64,000 nt of DNA from Heterodontus francisci. Lineage: Eukaryota. The stretch lies in the NCBI RefSeq assembly GCF_036365525.1, contig NC_090413.1:13376151-13440150 (forward strand), in the 5' to 3' direction. Below the pieces are notes generated by a model. The model was not told where the DNA came from. It did not search any database and saw only the letters and a list, made by a program, of their open reading frames with translations. Position numbers and translations under genes: made by a program. This document shows positions 13,271 through 25,130 of the stretch, in pieces; the first letter of the stretch is position 1; the number at the start of each line of letters is the position of its first letter.

Positions 13271-13719
13271 AATTCACAATGGAGCTGAGGTCGAGCAAGG
13301 TTATAGCATCTTCTCTGCAACCAGACATCAGTTCAGGAGGAAAGTCAGTTCAGAAGTCTGGAGAACCTAGAGTTTTTATTTATTTTTTTCGAGCAACCAG
13401 GCTCAGAAAGGCAGTTTGCCTTTGAGTGAGATTAGGAGCCAGTGTATTGCAAAGATTGGGGTGAGGGAGAAGCTCCAGTTCTTACGAGGTGGTAGTTAGA
13501 TATGAAGTCTGCTGACAGGTCGGGAGAAATGGCTGCACAAGACCTAGGCCTGTGAGATTCACCTCCAAAATTTAAATTTTGGAACATCTCATTCAGTTTG
13601 GAAATGCCTAGCGCCCAATCAGTGTCTTTCACTTCTTGGTCTCCATTTCACGGTGCTGCCAATTCCCCAGGACTACTGCGTCCTGCCTAAACTAGGCTCT
13701 CACCAAAGGATATATAAAC

Positions 13720-14120
13720 GGACAGAAAAAGACTCGGGCTTATTCAGCCCATCCCATGCAACTGCAATGCCTTGTCCGTCACAATATATACCCCAGCCTA
13801 AAGCCATGAGAGCTCCTGGGAGAAGGAAGAGATAAAAACCCAGGCTCATTAGGAAAAATCTGGAATATTCCTCTCAGACCCTCTTAGGCAATCAAAGCTA
13901 GTTCAAGAGACCCCCTGTGGCCCTGATTAATATCATACCTTTTTATCTCCATCCTAGCTGGAAATTCAGCGACTCAGCATTCACCACATGAGCTGGCAGT
14001 CTGTTCCTCCATTCACTATTCTGTAGGAAAAGAACTGACATCTATCCTAATTTGGTCTTCCATAACTTGAGATTTTGATTCCTTATGTAGTTGAAACAAG
14101 CTGTCCACACAAACACAATC
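13720..14120 (-). mobile_element. Very degenerate CR1-like 3' end
   Basis: Pattern ..attcagcccatc..gactcagcattcaccac..gctggcagtctgttcc..cactattctg..gaaaagaac follows the CR1 3' reverse layout. Confidence 0.45.
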
Positions 14121-15295
14121 TATGCATAAGCGGATGACCACAGTACTGCATAGTCCGTTTTATTTCCAGAAAATTTGTCTCATCTAATTATTATATCACT
14201 TGATTCCACTTTCCACTTCCCTTGCCCCAAGTATACTGCTCGAAAATGGAACTGGAAGCTTTTCCTGTGCTACCACTTAGGGTGGAGTGTAGCTATGATA
14301 CAGCAGTTGTCTTCTGCTCTTTCACATTGCAAAATTTCTCATTAATTACTTAAGTCTAAGAGTTACACAGCTAAGCTGACAGCAGAAGTTAGTTATAAAG
14401 TGCTGCAAGGAACAGCAGCTATGGCAATTCCAGTGGTGAAAATAAATATTACAGTTGGACTTCTCATCACTTTGTCCAAGCAGTCCTCAGAGATAACTCC
14501 CAGAAGCAGGTCTATGTTGACATCTCGACAATGTGCACGCTCAGAGCCCAGTAAGCTCAGCTGGCATCACTCCTCGCACAGCCTTTGACCCATTAAGTCC
14601 AGAACTCTTGGAGTGATAGATTAAACTTTAATAACCTGCTTTACCTCAATTTTTCATTCCTCTCAACATTTTAAGAGTCTGCATCAGGAATCTTTGGAAC
14701 CCTTGCCTGTAAAATTAGTCAGACGTTAGCATGCTGGTTCGTGGGTGATAATAACTAGAGTTTTATCTTTGAAGGCTTTGTAATTTCCTCTTTTCTAGTG
14801 CAGTTATTTAGAGGGACACAATTAGCTAGTGACAACACCCTTTTATTTATCAGATCATCCAATGTTTCACTTAAGAGTTATGTGACTCATTACATTTCAA
14901 TTTCCTTCTTCCTAAACTCTAAACAAACTGTAGCAATGTTTGGTTGATTAGTAACTGTGTGGTAACCAGGGAAGGGTGGCTTCTGTGTAGCAAACGCAAC
15001 CCCAATGCTCAGGCAGTGCTCCACCTGATAGCTTGCGAAACTATAGAAATTATCCAAAACATATTTCTATGATTTATGTTACTCAAGGGAAAGCTATGCA
15101 TAACCAGAGCCACTGTTTTGCAGTGGCTGAATAAATCAAATTCTCTATCTTTATTGTGAAGGATTGCAGGATTTCTATTGGGTATCGTAGGGATCACATT
15201 CTGCCATTCTATCCACTGAGACTGGGACAATTTCCTTATAGTGATCGAGTATAAATCAATTTTATCATGGAATTAATACCAATGTTCTAGGCATC

Positions 15296-15332
15296 TTTCT
15301 TTGGCCTCCTTATCTCGAGAGACAATGGGTAA
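15296..15332 (-). mobile_element. 37-bp RTE 3'-tail micro-insertion
   Basis: Reverse complement TTACCCATTGTCTCTCGAGATAAGGAGGCCAAAGAAA matches the end of the RTE fragment at 57913-57949. Flanked by GCATC at 15291-15295 and 15333-15337. Confidence 0.85.
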
Positions 15333-15409
15333 GCATCACATCCCATGATTCCATCCATTCTTCTATTAAATCATAAATCTGTGGCCTTGCCAATAACTCC
15401 CTTTCAATA

Positions 15410-16340
15410 ATACTTTACCGTTGCTCAGACTGACAACACAGCACCATCAGGGCTAGAGATCAGAGCCCATGGTTCTAGTCACTACCCCAATCTGTGCCTT
15501 AGGACACAGGTACTACATTATACGCACTGCACCATCCTGCAATACATAACCTATTTGAATGTTTTCCGTCCTGCCTGCAAGCAAGTTCTGTGCAAATGCC
15601 TGGTATTTCTCCCAGAGGCTCAACCGAGATCAGAGAGACAACAAATGGGCTCTTGACATTTGATTCCTAACTATCAATCCTTCTCTTCTGAACTGGAACA
15701 CACTGTATAAACTGTGCATTGCCAGGCAGATAAATGGTCCCAGTTCAATGCTGAGAAGGCCAAGACAATAACTCGGTCAAGAATGAAGGACTGTGATGTC
15801 ACCCACCCACTTCTACATAGGATTACAGGTTCTCTTCAGCTCCTTGGCACATCTGAGCTTTGTTGGAATATAAAATTTGTCACCATGCTTGGAGATACTT
15901 GGGAGTAAAATGGGAATGCTCAGCACTACTTATCTTCACTGATTTACAAAGCCTGGTGATGGAATACTGTAGCACTGTTTGGCAGCCAAAGAGAAAACCC
16001 ACTTTCGACTCCTGGGTTCAGTACAACCCAAGGCCATGCAGATCCCCGGACTGGATGACTATGTCAAGTCCACACCAGAGGCCACTCATTACGATTCTGA
16101 AGTAATGCAGTTAGACTGTCACAGCAGGTGCAGCACCAGAATTGCTAAAAGCAGGAATGAGGCCTGCTGTAGCTGCAACGTAAGGTTCCATAATGGTCCA
16201 AAAATATTTTCAAGGAATACCAGCAGTAAAGTTTCACATACTGCTTCTCCAGCTTATGGAACACACTCCCAGGCAGTGAGGTCACCTGGATCTCTCCCCC
16301 TTGTACGCAGAAGCTCAAATACAGTGTTACTCAATGAATA
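15410..16340 (+). mobile_element. Ancient decayed CR1-group LINE RT C-terminal region
   Basis: Residual peptides ADKW..FNAEKAKTI and YK..VMEYCSTVW..LLGSVQPKAMQI occur across frames. Confidence 0.6.
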
Positions 16341-17029
16341 GGCTTGCTGGAGAACACAATAATGTGCGATTTTCACCACTGGTAATCAAATTTAATTCCT
16401 CTAGGAACACGTATGCAACACAGCTTCCCTAGTTGCAGTTGTCTTACCTTCACCCTTTTGCTATACCAGCCAATGTGTGAAATATAGATGGTAGATGCAG
16501 TGACATAAAACTCAGTTCATGAGGCTGAAGTACCAAATGATTTGCATGATCAAACGAATGAAATAAATGAGCATTATGAGCAGTATGCAGAGTGAGATAT
16601 CGAGGGGAATGGAGGACTAAATGAGCTGCGTTTTAAATCAACTTTCCAATTAAATGATGCAGTCTGAAGCAAAATATAATAATCACAGCACAAATCAAAA
16701 ATGATTAATCTCCGTTAGAGTCTCATTGCAAGCTCCTATAATTAAATGACAAACTGGTGTCCACGTCTTTCACTCCAATTACTTTACTAGTCATTGAACT
16801 ATGTAGGTTGACTTTCCTGTTGAAAGGGGTGAAGGCAGCTTGCACTCCACTTTAGTATAATTGATAAATGTTAAATAATTAATGCTCCCCGATTCCCTTC
16901 TTTTGCAAGTGCCTGAATCCTGACATTTCCAATGAAAGTCCTGCCTCTCCTGCAGTGCCTCAGCACAGTCCCCCATGGAAGGGTTGAATACTGTGCCCTT
17001 CAATAAGGAATATGTTCACATAGAAAATA

Positions 17030-18395
17030 GGAGGAATAGGCCATTCGGCCCTTCGAGCCTGCCCCGCCATTTATTATGATCATGGCTGATCATCCAACTC
17101 AGTAACCTGTTCCCGCTTTCCCCCCATATCCTTTGATCCCTTTCACCCCAAGAGCTATATCTAACTCCTTCTTGAAAACATACAATGTTTTGGCATCAAC
17201 TGCTTTCTGTGGTAGCAAATTCCACAGGCTCACCACTCTCTGGGTGAAGAAATTTCTCCTCATTTCAGTCCTGAAAGGTTTACCCTTATCCTTAGACTAT
17301 GTCCCCTGGTTCTGGACTCCCCCACCATTGGGAACATCCTTCCTGCATCTACCCTGTCAATTCCTGTTAGAATTTTATAGGTTTCTATGAGATCCCCCCT
17401 CACTCTTCTGAACTCCAGCGAATATAGTCCTAACCGTCTCAATCTCTCCTCATAGTTCAGTCCCGCCATCCCAGGAATCAGTCTGGTAAACCTTTGCTGC
17501 ACTCCCTCTATAGCAAGAACATCCTTCCTCAGATAAGGGGACCAAAACTGCACACAATATTCCAGGTGTGCCCTTACCAAGGCACTGCATAATTGCAGCA
17601 AGACATCCCTGCTCCTGTACTCAAATCCTCTCGCTATGAAGGCCAACATACCATTTGCTTTTTTACCGCCTGTTGCACCTGCATGCTCACCCTCAGCGAC
17701 TGGTGTACGAGAACACCCAGGTCCCGTTGCATATCCCCCTCTCTCAGTTTATAGCCAGATAATAATCTGCCTTCCTGTTTTTGCTACCAAAATAAATAAT
17801 CTCACATTTGTCCACATTATACTGCACCTGCCATGCATTAGCCACTCAACTTGTCCAAATCACCCTGAAGCCTCTCTGCATCCTCCTCACAACTCAACCT
17901 CCCACCCAGTTTTGTGTCACCTGCAAATTTGGAGATATTACATTTAGTTCCCTCATCTAAATCATTAATATATATTGTGAATAGCTGGGGTCCTAGCACC
18001 GATCCCTGCGGTATCCCATTGGTCATTGCCTGCCATCTGGACAAAGACCAGTTTATTCCTACTCTGTTTCCTGTCCGCCAACCAATTTTCTATCCATCGC
18101 AATACACTACCCCCAATCCCATGCGCTTTAATTTTACATGCTAATCTCTTATGTGGAACTTTGTCGAAAGCCTTCTGAAAGACCGAATAAACCACATCCA
18201 CTGGCTCCCCTTCAATTCTACAAGTTACAGCCTCGAAGAATTCTAGAAGATTTGCCAGGCATGATTTCCCTTTCGTAAATCCATGCTAACTCTGTCCGAT
18301 TCTACCACCGTTCTCTAAGTGCTCAGCTATAAAATATTTGATAATGGACTCTAGAATTTTCCCCACTACCGACGTCAGGCTGACTGGTCTACAAT
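17030..18395 (-). mobile_element. 5'-truncated CR1 LINE
   Basis: [39 protein letters not shown] and HLEYCVQFWSP motifs. 3' hairpin ggccattcggccc. Confidence 0.93.
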
Positions 18396-19139
18396 TAATA
18401 TATAATATACATGAGGGGAATGTCCTATGGGTGTGACTGACAGTTATTACATGCTTCGGTCTTGACAGCACTGAACAATCCCAGTAAAACATTCTGTATC
18501 CCAAGACTAACATGCTCAAAAGAGCTGGGTGAAGGGACAGGTTGCGCACCCTCTGATAGGTTACTGTTCCATAACTATAGACTTCCCGAAGAGAAGTACA
18601 GGCATGATTTGAGAATCAATACAGAAAACATTGGATGGTCATGATGTTAATTCAGGTAAATAATTCTCATTCAAGGCTTTATACAAACACACAAGAGATT
18701 TCATGGTCAGTGGTTAAAACGATCTCCAAAACAATCTCTTTCCTGTTTCACAAGTGCATACTGAACAGACTGTACAATAATGATCTCTCCAAAAATAACC
18801 AACTGCTTTTGGCCATGAGACGTTATAGTAACAAGTATAGAAAATTGGCTGCTGGATGCCGTGCGAAAGCTCGACACGCAAAGCCCAGCAGCTCGTAAAT
18901 GCGCAACAAGCAGGATCCAACAACTCTCACTGCCCAAGCAGAACAAAAACTCTTCTTAAAACATTAAAACAGAAGTTAATGTTAAGAAACTGCACTTTGG
19001 TGTATCAAGGTTCACCACGCTATGTGTAATTTTGAACAACGTCCACTTTTTTTTGAATGACCCCAATTTCTAGTGAACAGTTCAGCATGTACAGTACTAA
19101 TTCTTTCCATTCACTACAATATCAAATTACAAGTCATTA

Positions 19140-19965
19140 ATAAACAGAATGGGTATATAATTGGCAAACACATTTCAACATAGATAAGTGTGCGGTATTA
19201 TATTTTGCTAATAAAAAGAGGTCACATATTACATGGAAAATAATAATCTAAATGGGATTAAAGAATCTGGGAGTACAAATACACAAATCACTGAAGGTTG
19301 TGACGGAGGTCAATAAGGCCATAACAAAAGCAAAACAAACATGAGGGTTATTTCTAGAGGGATAGAACTGAAAAGTTGAGAAGTTATGCTAAACTTGTAT
19401 CGAACCTTAGTTAGACCACACTTGGAATACTGCGTACATTTCTGGTCGCCATATAATAAAAAAATATATAAAGGCACTGGAGAAAGTGCAAAAAAGATTT
19501 ACAAGGTTGACACCAAAACTGCAAGGTTATACCTATCTGGAAAGGATGAAAAAGCTGGGCCTCTTTCAAGAGTAGGCTGAGGGTTGACCTAATGTCTTTA
19601 AAATTACAAGGGTTTGATAGCATAGACAGAGAGAGTATGTTTCCAATTGTGAAGCAGAGCAAACTTGAGGCAGTTAATGAGATAGTTATCAAGAAATCAA
19701 ATAGAGAATTCAGCACAAATCTTCTTAGATAAAGAGTGGTGAGAATCTGGAACTTGCTATCAGATTAGATGAGGTGAATTATACGGATGCATTTAAGGGG
19801 AAGCTAGATAAGCATAAGAGGGAGAAGGGAATAGAGGGTTATGCTGATGGAGTTAGGCGATGAAGGATGAGAGGAGGCTTGAGTGGAGCATAAACGACAG
19901 CTTGGACTCATTGGACCAAATGGCCCATTTCTGTGCTGTATATTCTATGCATTTCTATGTAATAC
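19140..19965 (+). mobile_element. Older CR1 LINE 3' fragment
   Basis: LYRTLVRPHLEYCVHFWSP motif. 3' tail ggaccaaatggcccatttctgtgctgtatattctatgcatttctatgt. Confidence 0.9.
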
Positions 19966-20068
19966 TGATCAATGTATAGGCAAATACCATTTACTCGACA
20001 CTACAATCAGCTCCTCCAACTCAGGAGCAAAACTTTGCACAAGTTGTGGAATGATGGTGTTCCTCAGT

Positions 20069-21005
20069 TGTTACGCCAATGTGCTTTGCTGAATGATAAT
20101 TTTCTTTGGTCCACTGACTAGAGATCTGAATTTATATGTTTTTAAAAGACATTTAAAACAGGATGACTGCTAGCAGCTTAAGATGATCATCCAGCTTGCT
20201 AAACTGTATTCTACATTGCAAAGGACTGTGAGGAGACGAAATGTCTGCTAATTTCCCAGCAAGAACCAAGACCCAGGAAGTTTAACGGAGCTACCTGTTC
20301 TCTCAGCAAGCAGAAAAATACTAATTGCTATGTTTGAATGACTGTCATGTGACAAGCCCCTCCCCGTCCGTGGTCTTAAGCTGGTGTTTTCTCTGCAGCG
20401 GAGGAGAAGCAACTGGATGAGCAGATCCTAAGAGGGGCGGGTTACTTTCTCTCTCCATTCAAGCTTGGAAACTTTCAAATCCTACCTGTTGACTGACCAC
20501 CTTTGCGTACTCTGGCTACAATCAGAAACCCTGTTGGAATAAATCATCTGCATCGCTGTCTCCGACAGACTCACCGAACCAGTCATCTACTTCTTCAAAC
20601 TAAAAGCCTCAGGAACAACAAATTCAGCTAGAAGCCAGTTGAATCACCAAACTCCACAGACTGTATACCCCTTTTTTTCTATGGACTCTAACTCAAACCA
20701 ATCTATCTTTCCCCACTCTGTAACCTACTTGCTTATGTGTAAATCTCCAAAGTGTGTGTGTATGTGAAAGTTGGCGTGTTATTATTTTTATTAGTTTGGT
20801 TTAGGTACAATAAAGTTAACCTCTTTCTTTGTTAACTCAAGAAAACCTGTCCGAGTGGTGGTTCTTATGATCATAGCAAGTAAGTAATGAAACACCTATG
20901 AATTGACCAGTACATCCATTTAAAAAAAGAATTAAACCTGTTGCGGTCAAACAAGGAGGGGGAAAAGAGAGAAGCCCTTCAACCCTTCCTCACTTGGCCG
21001 CAACA
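20069..21005 (+). repeat. 5' LTR of family A element (~937 bp)
   Basis: TG...CA ends with imperfect terminal inverted repeat TGTTACG/CGCAACA. AATAAA at 20809. Immediately followed by the PBS. The left boundary is inferred from the inverted repeat and TSD only. Confidence 0.8.
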
Positions 21006-21011
21006 GAGGTT

Positions 21012-21031
21012 TGGGGGCTCACGTCTGGGAT
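21012..21031 (+). promoter_or_regulatory. Primer binding site complementary to tRNA-Pro 3' end (degenerate)
   Basis: TGGGGGCTCACGTCTGGGAT versus canonical tRNA-Pro PBS TGGGGGCTCGTCCGGGAT, a few nt after the LTR end. Confidence 0.8.
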
Positions 21032-21143
21032 CAAACCCAAAGACAAACGGGAAATTGGAAGCAGGAAACCAAACTGATCCCTAGCAATCATTTTAAAACT
21101 TCAATACAGATTTTCTTGTGGTTTTCAGTGCTAGAGTACTAAA

Positions 21144-22370
21144 ATGTCCACATTCAAGGCCAGTACCTTCCCAGAACAGAGTGAAGTAACTTGGGCCAGG
21201 TTAAAAGCCCTATCTGTTGAAGAGTTGAGGAATGTAGCTGGGCAGTTAGAGATTACTATCTGTCCAAAAGTTAGGAAGCCCAAAATCCTAAAACCGGTGG
21301 CCAACCATTTTAAAATTGACACTGAAGAACTGGAGACAGGCATAGAATCTGAAACAGACAAAATAACATCAGTTAAGGTACATTTAGAACAGAGGAGATT
21401 TGAATTAGAATTCCAAGAAAAAGATAGGGAGAGAATGTATCAGGAAAGGGAAAAGGAAAGAGCTTTCCAGAAGAAGAAGGAGAAGGAGTGTTACGGCAGC
21501 TCAAACTAACTCAGGGAAGACCCAATACAACCAGTGAAGGCACTGCTGGTGAGGGAACTAACCCTAGCCCGGGAATGGGTGCTGAACTCTTAATGTTCTC
21601 CCAGTTGATACCAAAGTTCAATGAGGGGGATGTGGAAGCATTTTACATCTCTTGAAAAGCTTGCAAAACAGTTGAAGTGACCAGTAGTCAGTTGGACACT
21701 GTCATTGCAACGCAAACTAGCAGGAAAAGCCCATGAGGTTTATTCACTATTGCCTGATGAGAGTTCATCAGATTATGAGAGACTAAAAATGCTATTCAGA
21801 GTGCATACGATCTAGTACTGGAAGCATACCTCCAAGAGTTCTGAACTCTCTGAAAGCAGCCGGAAAAAACTTGCATTGAGTTCTAAAGGGTTAAGCAATT
21901 CGCTTTCGACCGATTCGTCCACCTATGAAAACCTCACCACCACCTTTACAAGGGCAATTAGGGACGGGCAATAAATGCTGGCATAGCCAGCGATGCCACA
22001 TTTCATATATGAATAAAAAAAGCTCAGAGGTGATCCTCCTCGAGGGGTTCAAAAACTCGCTTCCCTTTTCCGTAAGAAACCATGTGAAGGAACAAGAAGT
22101 TCCAAGAGCCAGGCATGCAGCAATCCTGGCTGATGATTACATACTTATTCACAAGCCCTTGCCCCAAGGGAAACCCTTCCCTAGTTACCTCCAAAAACCT
22201 GAAAAGGATAGAAAGTGGGAGAGTAATAGGAGGATGAACAGCCATGAGCGAGAAGGGACAGCTGGAAACACAGGCCAAAAAGGAAGATGCTGAGAACAGG
22301 AGTGATGCCCGAAGCCTGTATATTTCCATTGTAGCAAGGTAGGTCACCTTCAAGCTGACTGCTAAAAGTT
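21144..22370 (+). pseudogene. gag: gag pseudogene with SCAN-like capsid C-terminal domain and CCHC zinc knuckle
   Basis: MSTFKASTFPEQSEVTW..., PKFNEGDVEAF, EVILLEGFKNSLPFSVRNHVKEQEVPRARHAAILADDY and HCSKVGHLQADC. Multiple stops and frameshifts. Confidence 0.85.
21912..22022 (+). mobile_element. 3' tail of a second CR1-group LINE family inserted in gag
   Basis: ctcaccaccacctt..aagggcaattagggacgggcaataaatgctggc..gccagcgatgccaca..atgaataaaaaa is the reverse complement of the LINE end at 33110-33200. Confidence 0.85.
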
Positions 22371-23050
22371 ACAGGGAAAACCCCTAGGTTTAGTCAGGGT
22401 ACACCAGACCAGTGCAAGAAAAGGAACCCTGGTAGAAAGCACAGACTACCAGGCTGTGGCTTTAACTGAGGCAGTAAAACCCAGTAAACCTACCACTGAC
22501 AGTGCAGGAAAATGTAACAAAATTTTGTGTCCAGAGGAAAAGTGACCCCATACCCCTCGAGTGAGGTGAGTAAGTTATACTTAGGGATACAGGGGCCACC
22601 CAATCCCTTCTGCTGGAGAAAGGCATGACCTTTCTCCCAGAGAGTGCATCGAGTGCTAGAGTGTTAGTAAATGGTATCGGAGGTAAGTAAATGCCGATAC
22701 TTTTATAGTGGGTGCACCTGGAGTGCGACCTTGTTTCAAGACCGGTAACCGTGGGGATTGTCCCTAGTTTACCTGTGGACGAGGTTGACCTGCTCATGGG
22801 TAATGATCAGGCGGGTGCAAAGGTGGTAGCTTCCCCAGTGGTTATAGAAAGACTGAAAGAGGTCAGGAAGACAGAGCAGTTACAGGAAAAGGTCCCTGGC
22901 ATTTTCCCTGACTGTGTGGTGACCTGGTCCATGGCCAAATAAGCTCTGTCAGAGGAGGCTGGACTTGTACTACAGACAGATGACCCTGCTGTCTGGTTAT
23001 CTGAAACCTTCTTTGTGAAGTTAGAGGATCCAAAGGATGCATTAGCTAAT
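22370..23050 (+). pseudogene. pol: Aspartic protease region and protease-integrase linker
   Basis: ILRDTGATQSLLL (DTG at 22586), then VHLECDLVSRPVTVGIVPSLPVDEVDLLMGND. Confidence 0.85.
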
Positions 23051-23893
23051 TCCAAAGGATTAAAGCCAATGGACTCATTGGGTGAGTCTTTGGTAGCAAA
23101 CAGAAATTCCAGCCCTTTGTCCCAGTCATGGGGGTACTCATAGCAGTATGCCCTGATCATTGTCTTTAGGGTCTGGTGGTACTGCTCCAAAGCCCCTTGT
23201 GCCTATGGGTGGTAGGCTGAGGACTTTAACTGGGTTATACCCAGATTACCCATGACCTTTTGAAAAATACTGGACATAAAATTTGTGCCCTGATCCGACT
23301 GGATCTCAGCAGACAGCCCATATTGGGTGAAGAATTGGGTTCGCCCCCTCCAACACTACCTTAGCAGAGATAGTTCTTGGAGGGATAGCCTCTGGGAATC
23401 GAGTAGCCACATTCATAATGGTGAGAAGATACTGGTAACCTCTTTTTGTTTTCGGCAGGGGTCCCAAACAATCTACTGGCACTCTGCTGAATGGTTCCCC
23501 AAAAGTCGATATGCGAATTAGGGGTGCAAGTTCACCACAACCTGGCACATATGGCAAGTCTTGTAGAACTCCACCACATCCTTGTGGACATGTGGCCAGT
23601 GAAAATGTGTCTGTGCGGGCTTGGGTTTTTCTGATACTGACATGTCCAGCCATTGGAATCTTGTGGGCTATTCTCAATATTTCCCTAAGGTACCTCGGCG
23701 GCACCACTACCCGGTGAACCACTGTCCACTCTTCGTCTGCAGGTCTATGAGGAAGTCTCCACTTCCTTGTCAGCACCTCATCCTTTAAATAGTAGCACTC
23801 TGGAACTCGCTCTGCTCCAGCTTCAGTTTGAGCAGTCTGTGCTAACTTTATTAACCCTGGGTCTGCTTGCTGAGCTTTGACCAAGGAAGACCT
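23051..23893 (-). pseudogene. pol: Inverted integrase (HHCC zinc finger and DDE core)
   Basis: Minus strand: VVPPRYLREILRIAHKIPMAGH, VDCLGPLP, YLLTIMNVATRFPEAIP, QSDQGTNF, QGALEQYHQTLK, DWDKGLEFLFA. Confidence 0.9.
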
Positions 23894-24059
23894 ATGTTAT
23901 GATCATAGCAAGTAAGTAATCAAACACCTACTGAATTGGCCAGTGCATCCACTTTAAGAATTAAACCTGTTGTGGTCAAACAAGGAGGGAAAAGAGAGAT
24001 GCCCTTTGACCCCTCCTCACTTGACAGTATTAATTGACTAATACACCTTTGCCTTTTTG

Positions 24060-24430
24060 CTCAGTGTTGTAAATGCATCCAAGTAGTTTGCTACTGATCT
24101 GAACCATAAACACCTAGGCGGTCTCAGATTCAATTGCTGAACTCTACTTAGCTGATTGCCGCAGTGTTTGATGCAGATGCTACAATTGACTTCAGTGTCC
24201 CAGAGTTAAAATGGGGAAAATGTCAGCTTAGGTTCTCAATTCTAATCGATACACAGTGCAGTCTGCTGGAAACTGGTGGTTTGTAAACAGGTTTGGACTG
24301 AGCTGTGATGCTCCCTCAACTTTCAAACAGTTGCTGTCCAAAGGAGATCCAGACAAAGTAACAGAAGGTGAAACTGAAGCCAGCAGGAGTTAGTGCCTTG
24401 AGGAACAAGGAACAGCAATTAAGAAAAAAT
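24060..24430 (+). mobile_element. Degenerate SINE-like repeat (unassigned family, copy 2 of 3)
   Basis: Shares blocks with 10670-10950 and 60480-60815. Confidence 0.55.
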
Positions 24431-24519
24431 GAGGATTAACAGACCTTGAACAACCAGTAATGAAGTGAGCAGTATTTGTTGACAAGATTATGCTGTACTG
24501 AGGTGTTTCAGAGGGGCGG

Positions 24520-25130
24520 AATCCAGGTTTACTATTTTGAGCTCTGCTTCCTATCCTACATCCGATTTGCCATCGAGACTATTTTTTTCATCTCTGCAGT
24601 TGTTGCCCGTCTCCACCCCTACCTCTTTTGCCAAAACCCTAATCCGTGCCTTTATTAATGCACAATGGACATGTCCAATGCTTTCCTTGCTGGCCTGTCT
24701 GCTCCCACCATCCATAAGCTACATGTCATTCAAAACGCCATGGCCCATGTGCTCACTTGCACTGATGCCCACATCCCCATTGTTTGTTCAGCTTTATGTG
24801 CAACCCACGTGTTACAGAATTTAAGATTCGCATCCTCAACTTCAAATCTGTGACTTTGCCCTTCCCTACTTCTGTCGTCTCTTTCAGCCCTATGCTCCTG
24901 TGCGCATCATCTGGCCTATTAACGTTGTTATACCACTTGATCCCAGCCCTACTTTCAACATTTACTCTCTCAGTCAAGATGCCCCCGCCCTTTACAAGTC
25001 CACCCCCCTTGCTGCGAAGATCTTTTCCTTTAGTTGTGCTTTCTCTAGCCTCCTGAACTTCCAATGCTGTGAAAAGCTCCAAAATGTCTTTGTATGTAAT
25101 AAGTGCTATTGAAATGTAAGCTGTTGTTTT
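24520..25130 (+). mobile_element. Old L2-clade LINE 3' fragment
   Basis: AKTLIRAFI..D.SNAFLAGL...IHKLHVIQNAMAHVLT, the L2 ORF2 C-terminus. Ends gtgctattgaaatgtaagctgttgtt. Confidence 0.8.

Larger units (their letters stand above)
20069..24024 (+). mobile_element. Gmr1-like Gypsy LTR retrotransposon (family A), rearranged: 5' LTR, gag, protease, inverted integrase, truncated 3' LTR; no RT/RNase H
   Basis: LTR TGTTACG...CGCAACA, tRNA-Pro-like PBS, SCAN-like gag, CCHC knuckle, LRDTGA protease and integrase motifs. 23897-24024 repeats 20865-20996. Candidate TSD CAGT at 20065-20068 and 24025-24028. Confidence 0.9.

Noticed and set aside
23046-23897. Integrase inversion as an autointegration product
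   Set aside because: Autointegration joins LTR CA termini to internal sites. These junctions are internal-internal and internal-mid-LTR, with microhomology at the left junction.
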